Shown here in pieces: positions 28,371-36,548 of a DNA stretch of 64,000 bases. The DNA is taken from contig OY760935.1 in the NCBI GenBank assembly GCA_963664295.1, positions 1 through 64,000 of the forward strand, written 5' to 3'. The position numbers and the translations under genes are program-made. Numbering within the stretch: position 1 is the stretch's first letter; every line of letters starts with the position of its first letter. The stretch comes from Candidatus Altimarinota bacterium. GTDB lineage: Bacteria > Patescibacteriota > Gracilibacteria > CAIRYL01 > GCA-016699755. A model generated the notes under the pieces. That model did not search any database, was not told the origin of the DNA, and was given only the letters and a program-made list of their open reading frames with translations.

Positions 28371-31300
28371 ATGAAAAAAATATTTAATGTTTTCTTGTCA
28401 GTTGCGCTTATGTTTACTGCTAGTGTGGGCTTTTATATGCCCCAAGCTAGAGCGGCTTTGAGTGATGGATATGTAAAATCATGGGGTGGTGATTACAGTC
28501 GTCTTGTAGACGATGTGACATCTTATGATGTTTGTTTTTTGTCGGATATTAATGTTTCCGATACTAGTAGCGCTTATGCGGAAGTTACTCTTCCTGCTGG
28601 TCTTTCTTGGAGTACTGTTGGCAGTTTGAGCACTGCTGTGACTCCAAAAACAAGATCAAGTGCTACTGTAACAGAACATGAGTGGACACCTACTAATGTT
28701 TCTATTACCGGTCAGACTTTGCGGGCTGATTTTACTGTTGACGCTGTTGATATTATTGACTCTGATGATCGTTTTTGTTTAGATATGCAGACAAATGTAT
28801 CTAATTATGTTGCTATAGCTAATCCTTCAACATCTGGTAATTATACAATAAGCATGACTCTTAGTGATGGCACATCTTCTTCATCAGGATCAATGACTTA
28901 TACTGTTTATGATCAGTATGGATATGGTGATATGGATATCACTATTGATAGTCATGACAATGGTGCAGTAAATAGCTCGCCTGTTATTTTTTCTTTTGAT
29001 ATTATAAGTATTTTGGAAAGGTCAAGATTTGGTAATATGGTTTTAAATATGAACAATCATAATGCATTTGAATTTAATACTAGTGCTGATCTTATGTCTG
29101 CTTGTTCTATGACTGCTGGTGGTTCTTCTGTGACTTTGGCAGGAGCCAATATATCAAATAGTAGTATGATAAGTTTTACTTTGCCGACTGGTTTACACAC
29201 TTTACCTGTTGGGTCAACTTTTGAAATTACCTGTAATGGAACTGTGGTTGATAAAAATAATGATAATCCAGGAGTTTATGATGTTGATGTAAGCATTGCT
29301 GATGCTGAAACAGGTCATGCTGCTACTTATACCAACAATTTTGCAGTGGAAGGCATTTCTTCTGCAGGCGCTCCGAATGTAAATAACTCAAATACTGGTG
29401 AGGCTCCAGGTCCAATTACTTTGACTTTCACCCCTTCTGTTGAAATTCCTGCAAATGGTGCGAACCATGTTCGTGTAGATTTTCCATCAGAGTATGTAGC
29501 TGATGATATTGATGGTACTTCTGGTAATCATCTCTGGAATCATGTGACTATGGAATCTGGTGGAGAAGGTTCTACAACTATTAATCTTAATCAAAACGAT
29601 AGTTTGACAAAGTTAACTAGCAAATCACTTACTTTGACACCTGCTACAAACATTCCTGGTGATCAAGTGGTAAGTATTGGATTAGATTCAACTGTTATTG
29701 ATCAAAATCCTGCTACTGATGGATCTTATGATATTTCAATTTATATGGACTATGGAACAGGCAATGACACTACAACTGTTAGCACAACTGTATCTCCAGC
29801 GATTGTTCCTGCGATGAATTCTTTAGACACAACGTTAAGCAATAATAATCAAAATGCAACAGCAGTATCTCTTGATGTAGCTTTTACTCCTAATATTGAC
29901 ATTCCTGCTGATGGTGCAAGTACTATTACAGTAGAAATACCTGATAGTTTTATGGTAGGCAATATCGACGGTGGTGGAGGAAATCATATGTGGGATCATG
30001 TTGATGTCACTTATGGTAGCGGAGAAGGTTCTACAACAGTTAATCTTGTGGAAAATGATTCTTTAACAAAATTAGTTAGCAGGTTGGCTACTCTAACAGT
30101 AGACACCCTTATTCCTGCTGGCCAGCCAGTAAGTGTTGAATTTCATTCAACTGTTATTGATCAAAATCCTGTTTTTGGTGGTGTTTACAATTTTAGCTAT
30201 GGAATTAGTAATAATACTACTGGACAATCTGCTTCTGCTAATGAGGATGTTTTGATTGGGGCTGCTCTTGGTTCTTTAAATACAACTTTGACTAATACTA
30301 ATGCTGATGAAGCACCAGGTGCTGTCTCTCTTCAGTTTACTCCTACTATCGGTCTTCCTGATGATGGAGCAAGTACTATTACGATTCAGTTTCCAGATGG
30401 CTTTTTGATGGATGATATTGATGGCGATGGTGAAGGTAATAATCTTTGGAATCATGTGACTGTTAGTGAAGACCTTGGTGAAGGATCTTCTAGTATTTCC
30501 CTTGTTCAAGATGATGCTTTAACTAATCTAAGAAATAACATTGTTACATTAACGGTTGATACTAATATTAATGGTGGTAATCCTATTACAGTTAATCTGG
30601 ATTCTACTGTTGTTGATAAAAATCCTGTTTTTCATGGTGAATATAGCATAAGTTATGGTGTTTACAATGACACCACTGGCGATTCAGGGACTGCTGAAGA
30701 AATTATAGATATTACAATTTCTGGTCATGATTATACTTCTGATGGCCCAACAGTTAACTTAGTTAATAGTGGTACTGGTCAAACAAAATTGCCAGCAGGG
30801 GAAGATACAGCAATTTTTGCTGATAATCAAGAGATCGACTTTGCTTCTGATTTAACATCAGGTAATCCCTCAGAAGTTATTGGTAGCTCTACTGTTGGCG
30901 ATGAACTTGCTGACTTGATTGGCGAAGGAGAAACAGTGACTGGCGTACAAGAAGTGGCAATCTCTGTTGGTGATGGTGCTAGTTCTTCTGATGTTCAAAT
31001 CGTTGGCCCTAGTGCTACAACAACTCTTGATTCAGGTACAGCAATTATTGGTGCTAGCTCTACAGGTAGCGGTGATGGTGTTTGGGACGGTACTTTTACT
31101 ACTCCTTCGAGTGATGATTCTATTAGTCGTATTGGTTTTACAAGAAATGCGGCTAGTAAAATTGGTTCTGATAATGCTCCATTGGTAATGGATCAGCCAA
31201 TTAAAATTGATTTGAGTAGTGTAGATGGTGATCCATATTATTCATCAAATGGTGTCACTTGGTATAAAATTTCTGAGTGTCCTCAAGATGCTGATTTATC

Positions 31301-32348
31301 ATCACCGGGTTCACTTGATTTTGCTCAGGTTTGTTATTTGGAAGATAGTGGTACAACTGTTATCTGGTCTTACCATTTGACTACATTTGGAACTTTGACT
31401 CATAATGCTGTGCTTACTTTAGGTAATTCAACAGAAGGTGAAGACCCTGGAACAATGGATTTCTCATTTACTAGTGGTAATACAATTCCAGTAGGAGGTG
31501 AGTTAACTATTAGTTTCCCAGACGAATTTACTATTAGCGACAATGCTGATATTAGCGGATATATCAATACATTTACTGATGACACAAGCCCTGTGACAGT
31601 TAGTAGTGCTAGTCTTACAGACAATGTTATTACTATTGTAATTGGCTCAGAAATTAGCCAAGACAGTGAATTAGTTCTTAATTTTGATACTGGCTTAGTG
31701 ACAAGTAGTCCAGCAACTCCAGGTCAATATGCTGTTGCACTTTTAACAAAAGATGATGAAGGTACAACCATTGGTACTGGTTATGTTAATGCTAATGTTG
31801 GTGATGAAATTTCTGTGACAGCCACAGTACAAGAGGCACTAATTCTTACAATCGAAGAAGGTGATGCAATCAATCTTAATGTTGATCCTTCTGTTAATGA
31901 TGGTGAGGATTTTAGCCAAAAAACAGTATTGCAAGTGAAGACAAACGCAGCGAATGGTTATAAAGTGCAAGCATTTTTAAGTAATGGTGCTGGTGTGGCT
32001 CAGTTGCAAAATGGTGCTAACTATATTTCTTCTGCTAGCATTTACGGAGAAGGTTATGTGCCTAATACATTTAGTTATTTAGCTTATAATAACGATAATG
32101 GCACTGATCCTTTGGCCAAAACTAAAGCAGAATTAAAAATAGATATTGAGGCAGTTAGTAATTCTGCCCCATTTTCTGCAAGCTCTGCTGATATGACGCT
32201 TTATGACGGCACTGCTAGTGGAATTGGTAATGCAAATCAAACAAACGCACAAAACCACACTATTTATTACCTCTTGTTTGTTGATTATATGACACAAGCT
32301 GGTATTTATTCTGGTGAGGTTGTTTATACTGCTTATCCTACTTTCTAA
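28371..32348 (+). CDS. Large secreted/surface beta-sandwich repeat protein
   Basis: Signal peptide; three ~150-aa repeats (GNHLWNHV...GEGSTT) plus a diverged fourth; C-terminal TNAANGY...AGIYSGEVVYTAYPTF. Confidence 0.85.
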   Translation: MKKIFNVFLSVALMFTASVGFYMPQARAALSDGYVKSWGGDYSRLVDDVTSYDVCFLSDINVSDTSSAYAEVTLPAGLSWSTVGSLSTAVTPKTRSSATVTEHEWTPTNVSITGQTLRADFTVDAVDIIDSDDRFCLDMQTNVSNYVAIANPSTSGNYTISMTLSDGTSSSSGSMTYTVYDQYGYGDMDITIDSHDNGAVNSSPVIFSFDIISILERSRFGNMVLNMNNHNAFEFNTSADLMSACSMTAGGSSVTLAGANISNSSMISFTLPTGLHTLPVGSTFEITCNGTVVDKNNDNPGVYDVDVSIADAETGHAATYTNNFAVEGISSAGAPNVNNSNTGEAPGPITLTFTPSVEIPANGANHVRVDFPSEYVADDIDGTSGNHLWNHVTMESGGEGSTTINLNQNDSLTKLTSKSLTLTPATNIPGDQVVSIGLDSTVIDQNPATDGSYDISIYMDYGTGNDTTTVSTTVSPAIVPAMNSLDTTLSNNNQNATAVSLDVAFTPNIDIPADGASTITVEIPDSFMVGNIDGGGGNHMWDHVDVTYGSGEGSTTVNLVENDSLTKLVSRLATLTVDTLIPAGQPVSVEFHSTVIDQNPVFGGVYNFSYGISNNTTGQSASANEDVLIGAALGSLNTTLTNTNADEAPGAVSLQFTPTIGLPDDGASTITIQFPDGFLMDDIDGDGEGNNLWNHVTVSEDLGEGSSSISLVQDDALTNLRNNIVTLTVDTNINGGNPITVNLDSTVVDKNPVFHGEYSISYGVYNDTTGDSGTAEEIIDITISGHDYTSDGPTVNLVNSGTGQTKLPAGEDTAIFADNQEIDFASDLTSGNPSEVIGSSTVGDELADLIGEGETVTGVQEVAISVGDGASSSDVQIVGPSATTTLDSGTAIIGASSTGSGDGVWDGTFTTPSSDDSISRIGFTRNAASKIGSDNAPLVMDQPIKIDLSSVDGDPYYSSNGVTWYKISECPQDADLSSPGSLDFAQVCYLEDSGTTVIWSYHLTTFGTLTHNAVLTLGNSTEGEDPGTMDFSFTSGNTIPVGGELTISFPDEFTISDNADISGYINTFTDDTSPVTVSSASLTDNVITIVIGSEISQDSELVLNFDTGLVTSSPATPGQYAVALLTKDDEGTTIGTGYVNANVGDEISVTATVQEALILTIEEGDAINLNVDPSVNDGEDFSQKTVLQVKTNAANGYKVQAFLSNGAGVAQLQNGANYISSASIYGEGYVPNTFSYLAYNNDNGTDPLAKTKAELKIDIEAVSNSAPFSASSADMTLYDGTASGIGNANQTNAQNHTIYYLLFVDYMTQAGIYSGEVVYTAYPTF

Positions 32349-32373
32349 TATCTTAGAAAGAGTTTGGGTATTT

Positions 32374-32403
32374 AAAAAGGCAGGCCTTCGGGTCTGCTTT
32401 TTT
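32374..32403 (+). terminator. Intrinsic terminator
   Basis: AAAAAAGCAGGCC-TTCG-GGTCTGCTTTTTT; cUUCGg tetraloop and U tract. Confidence 0.92.
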
Positions 32404-32412
32404 GTTTATTTA

Positions 32413-32590
32413 AGAGAGAGACGGGATGCTTATTTGCCTAGGCGAATAAGGCCTTCTGCGCTCGCTCGGAATTTTGCACAAGCGCAAATTTTCTCGCTCG
32501 CTTGAGTGTCGAACTCAAGGCTTCGTTTCAAGTCGTTCTCATCCAAAAAAGAACCTTATATTTCACTATGTTCAATATAAGAACCTTTTT
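32413..32590 (-). mobile_element. tRNA-associated miniature element bounded by a duplication of the tRNA-Gly 3' end
   Basis: GAGAGACGGGAT at 32416-32427 and 32597-32608; hairpins at 32429-32450, 32469-32493, 32501-32519 and 32542-32594. Mobility is inferred. Confidence 0.55.
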
Positions 32591-32667
32591 TGGAGCGAGA
32601 GACGGGATTCGAACCCGCGACCTTCGCCATGGCAAGGCGACGCTCTAGCCAACTGAGCTACTCTCGC
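32591..32667 (-). tRNA. tRNA-Gly(GCC)
   Basis: GCGAGAG/CTCTCGC stem, loop TT-GCC-AT, TTCGAAT, U73 and encoded CCA. Confidence 0.96.
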
Positions 32668-32706
32668 AAATTTAAATTTATTTAGCCAATCGAATTGTTA
32701 ATGCGC

Positions 32707-32788
32707 TTGAGCGAGAGATGAGAGCAGAATTTAGCGACCTACACCATGCGACAAGAGCGACTTATTTGTCTTTCTGAGCTACTCTCGC
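32707..32788 (-). pseudogene. Decayed tandem copy of tRNA-Gly
   Basis: Colinear blocks GAGCGAGAGA, GCGACCT, CCATG, CAAG, GCGAC and CTGAGCTACTCTCGC shared with 32591-32667; D, anticodon and T arms disrupted. Confidence 0.85.
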
Positions 32789-32913
32789 TTATTTTCACAA
32801 GCTTTCGTATTTTAAAAAAAACCAAAACAAAATGCAAGCGCTTTCATAAATCAATTTATTTACTTGAAAATATCCCTAAAAAAAGCGAAAATTTAAATGA
32901 ATTTTATTGTTTT

Positions 32914-34494
32914 ATGAGAAAATTAAGTCTAGGAATTTTATCAATTATTTTTTTAATTATTCCGTTTCATCCTTTTTTGGTGACATGGCTTAATTCTGCC
33001 TTTTTTGACCCTAGTACTGCACCAAGTGTTTTTTTATCAGCTTGGAAAGAGGCTTTAATAGCTATTTTGGCTATTATTTTTATAATTCAAGTTATTCGCG
33101 GAAAAATAAAAATAGAAATGGATTTTTTAGATGTTTTGATTATTAGTTTTTTTCTTTGGTCGCTTGTGACTGGTATTTTGTGGACAAATGGGGGAGTTTT
33201 TAAAGAGAGCGGTTTTGATAAAACCAGTTTTTTGCAGGTTGTTTATGGTGCTAAATATTCTTTTGCTTTTTTACTTTTGTTTTTTATTGTCCGACATATG
33301 AATTTTACTGCGGATGAAAAAAATATTTTGATTTATTTAGCCCTTACTTCTGCCTCTGTGGTGATTATTTTTGCTGTTATTCAAAAATTTTTACCTGAGG
33401 ATTTCTTGCTTCGTTTTGGTTATTCTGATGCAGGACCAAAAGCAGTTACGCAAAGCTTGGCCTATTGCCAAAAAACTCCTTTGACTGATGCTATAGATAT
33501 TTGTAGGGCTCAATCTACTTTGTCTGGCCCTAATCATCTTGGTGCTTATTTGGTTTTTATTTTGCCTTTGATTTTTGCTGTGGGAATTAATTTGAAAGAA
33601 AGTTTATTTAAAATTGTTCATTTTTTTATGATTGGTTTGGGACTTTTTGTGCTTTATTGGTCTTATTCTCGTGGAGCTTGGCTTGGTCTCATTGGCACTA
33701 GCTTTTTGTCTTTTGCTTTTATTTTTAGAAAAGAAAAAGAATTTATGAATTTTAGTGAAATATTGGCTTTGTGTGGTGTTTTTGGTGTGATTATGGCGAC
33801 TATTTTTGCTAAACCAGAGGTTTTGGCAGAAGGTGCTGGTAAGTTTCATGGAATTTTGTTTACTTTGCTTCATGCTAAGCTTTTTTATTTGATTATTTTT
33901 TTGGTTTCTAGTTTTTTTGTTGCTTTTGCTTCTTGGAAAAAATTACCACTTATTTCTTATTTTGTTGGACTTTTTGATCTTGGTATTTTTGGTATTTTTT
34001 TGATTTCAAAATTAAAAGGGGAGTGGTTTTGGCAGGTGCTTCTTCGTCCTTCTTCTACTCAGGGTCATTGGGAGCGCACTGCTGATGGTGTTTATTATTT
34101 AAAAGAAAATCCTTTGGGTCTTGGGCTTGGTGATGCTGGTCCTGCTTCTAATCATTTTGCTCCTGATAATCTTGGATTTATTCCTGAAAATGCTTTTTTA
34201 CAAGTTGGTTTGGAAAGTGGTTATATTGGCATGGCGATTTTTGTTTTAATTATTATTTTTACTGCTTATAAATTATTTAAATCTAATAATAATTCTGCTT
34301 TGGCTCTTGGTACTGGGCTTATTGGCCTTGTTATTCATTCTTTATTTTTGCACACCTGGGAAAGCTCTGTGGTGGCTTTGACTTTTTGGGGACTTGCCGG
34401 GGTTATGTTGGCAAAAGAAAAAAAGTTATCTTTTTTGCAAAAAATTTCTCATGCTTTTCAAAAGTTTTTTCTTTTCTTTAAGCGCAAATTTTGA
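32914..34494 (+). CDS. O-antigen ligase/Wzy_C-family membrane protein
   Basis: RAQSTLSGPNHLG, SYSRGAW, PLGLGLG and ENAFLQVGLE.G motifs; start moved to ATG 32914. Confidence 0.88.
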   Translation: MRKLSLGILSIIFLIIPFHPFLVTWLNSAFFDPSTAPSVFLSAWKEALIAILAIIFIIQVIRGKIKIEMDFLDVLIISFFLWSLVTGILWTNGGVFKESGFDKTSFLQVVYGAKYSFAFLLLFFIVRHMNFTADEKNILIYLALTSASVVIIFAVIQKFLPEDFLLRFGYSDAGPKAVTQSLAYCQKTPLTDAIDICRAQSTLSGPNHLGAYLVFILPLIFAVGINLKESLFKIVHFFMIGLGLFVLYWSYSRGAWLGLIGTSFLSFAFIFRKEKEFMNFSEILALCGVFGVIMATIFAKPEVLAEGAGKFHGILFTLLHAKLFYLIIFLVSSFFVAFASWKKLPLISYFVGLFDLGIFGIFLISKLKGEWFWQVLLRPSSTQGHWERTADGVYYLKENPLGLGLGDAGPASNHFAPDNLGFIPENAFLQVGLESGYIGMAIFVLIIIFTAYKLFKSNNNSALALGTGLIGLVIHSLFLHTWESSVVALTFWGLAGVMLAKEKKLSFLQKISHAFQKFFLFFKRKF

Positions 34495-34519
34495 GAAAAT
34501 AAGTTGCTCTTAATATTTT

Positions 34520-34747
34520 ATGTTTACTGCAAAATTAATTATTTTCATTTTGGCTAGTATTGCATCCCTGATTTTTTTTGTTATTGCGATTTTTCGCTAT
34601 AGAATGCATAAAAAAAGATACCCCCTTGCTAAGGGTTATAAAAAATTGTTTAAAACAGCTAGTTATATGGCTGTTTTTTTGCTTTGGTTTTTGATAATAG
34701 CCGGACTTATTATATATTATGCTTATCTATTATTTTTTCGATATTAG
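34520..34747 (+). CDS. Small two-TM membrane protein
   Basis: 75 aa, two hydrophobic helices, operon-like spacing. Confidence 0.65.
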   Translation: MFTAKLIIFILASIASLIFFVIAIFRYRMHKKRYPLAKGYKKLFKTASYMAVFLLWFLIIAGLIIYYAYLLFFRY

Positions 34748-34750
34748 TTA

Positions 34751-36547
34751 ATGAAAAAAATTCTTATTATTGATTTTGGTAGTCAATTTACACAATTGAT
34801 AGCAACAAAAATTCGTAAACTTCATGCTTATTCGGAGATTTGTACTCCTAATAATGCTCTTAAAAATATTGATGATGATGTGCAGGGAATTATTTTTTCG
34901 GGTGGTCCTTCTAGTGTTTATGAGGAAGGTGCGCCTACTATTGATACTAAGATTTTTGACTTAGGTTTGCCTATTTTAGGTGTTTGTTATGGTCATCATT
35001 TAATTGCCCATCTCCTTGGTGGTCAGGTGAAAAGTGGTCGTATTCATGAGTTTGGTAAATCTGTTTTTAGAGTGGAAAAATCTGTGGGTATTTTTGATAA
35101 TTTTCCAAAAGAATCTGTAATGTGGATGAGTCATGGTGATGAAATTATTAAATTGCCTGAGGGCTTTGAAGTTGCTGGTAGTACTGAGTCTTGCCCTATT
35201 GCTAGTACTGTTAATTTGGAAAGAAAAATTTTTACAATTCAATTTCATGCAGAGGTTTCTCATTCTGAAAAAGGCATGGAGCTTTTGCAAAATTTTATTG
35301 ATTATTGTGGTGTTGCTAATACTTGGTATATAGAAAATTTTGTTGATTTGGTTTCTGAGGAAATTAAAGAGCAAGTTGGTGATAAAAATGTTTTTCTTTT
35401 GGTTTCTGGAGGGGTGGATTCAAGTGTGGTTTTTGCTCTTTTGAACAAGGTTCTTGGCAAAGAAAGAGTTTTTGGTTTGTTTGTTGATACTGGTCTTTTG
35501 CGTCTTGATGAAGCTGATAAAGTTGAAAAACTACTTTCTTCTGCTGGTTTTGATAATTTACACATTGCTTATGAGGAGGAGAGATTTTTAAGTGCTTTAA
35601 AAGGGATTTATGATCCGGAAAGAAAGCGAGAAATTATTGGCAATGCTTTTTTAGATGTACAATCTGCTGTTTCTGATGAGCTTAATCTTAATTCTGATGA
35701 TTGGTTTTTGGCTCAAGGAACTATTTTTCCAGACACCATTGAAACAGGTGGCTCAGAGCATAGTGTAAAAATTAAAACTCATCATAATCGTGTTCCAAAA
35801 ATCGAAAAACTCATCGAAGAAGGGAAGCTAGTTGAGCCTTTGAAGTTGCTTTTTAAAGATGAAGTTAGAGAGCTGGGCAGATTGCTTGGTTTATCTGAAG
35901 ATATTGTGGGTCGTCACCCTTTTCCTGGCCCTGGACTTGGTGTGAGGATTTTGTGCGCTCAAAAAGCTGATAATATTTCTAATGCTCAAGAGCTTGAAAA
36001 TGAGTTAAAAGAAAAATATGGTTTTGATTTTCTAATTCTTCCAATTCGTTCTGTTGGTGTGCAGGGTGATGCTCGCACTTATGCGCATCCTGTTGTTTTA
36101 TATTCTGATGAATTTGATAGGAAAATTTTAGACAAAATTGCTACTGAAATACCAAATAATTATCGAGATATTAACAGGGTAATTTTTTGTCTGTCTTCTT
36201 CTGTTAAATTGCCTGATCCAAAAGTCCATGATTTATATATTACAAAAGAAAGAGCAGATATTTTGCGAATTGCTGATGATATTGTGCATAATATTATGCG
36301 AGCAGAAAATTTGGAGGAAAAAATTTGGCAATTTCCTGTTGTGCTTGCGCCAATTGATTTTGGACAAGGGGAAAGTGTGATTTTGCGTCCTATTGAAAGC
36401 GTGGACGCTATGACTGCTGTTTCTGCTGATATTCCTTTTGAAATTTTAAAAATAAGCACAGAAAAAATTCTTGCTAACACAAAAAATATATCTGCTGTGT
36501 TTTATGATCTTACTTCAAAACCTCCAGGTACAATAGAATGGGAATAA
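34751..36547 (+). CDS. guaA: GMP synthase (glutamine-hydrolysing), long form
   Basis: DFGSQF, GVCYG, SGGVDS, IKTHHN, HPFPGPGL and KPPGTIEWE motifs. Confidence 0.98.
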   Translation: MKKILIIDFGSQFTQLIATKIRKLHAYSEICTPNNALKNIDDDVQGIIFSGGPSSVYEEGAPTIDTKIFDLGLPILGVCYGHHLIAHLLGGQVKSGRIHEFGKSVFRVEKSVGIFDNFPKESVMWMSHGDEIIKLPEGFEVAGSTESCPIASTVNLERKIFTIQFHAEVSHSEKGMELLQNFIDYCGVANTWYIENFVDLVSEEIKEQVGDKNVFLLVSGGVDSSVVFALLNKVLGKERVFGLFVDTGLLRLDEADKVEKLLSSAGFDNLHIAYEEERFLSALKGIYDPERKREIIGNAFLDVQSAVSDELNLNSDDWFLAQGTIFPDTIETGGSEHSVKIKTHHNRVPKIEKLIEEGKLVEPLKLLFKDEVRELGRLLGLSEDIVGRHPFPGPGLGVRILCAQKADNISNAQELENELKEKYGFDFLILPIRSVGVQGDARTYAHPVVLYSDEFDRKILDKIATEIPNNYRDINRVIFCLSSSVKLPDPKVHDLYITKERADILRIADDIVHNIMRAENLEEKIWQFPVVLAPIDFGQGESVILRPIESVDAMTAVSADIPFEILKISTEKILANTKNISAVFYDLTSKPPGTIEWE

Positions 36548-36548
36548 T

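Noticed and set aside
32314-32913. ORFs 32314-32505 and 32474-32656 and the 5' extension of the O-antigen ligase ORF from 32746
   Set aside because: They run through a terminator, the antisense of tRNA-Gly and the pseudo-tRNA.
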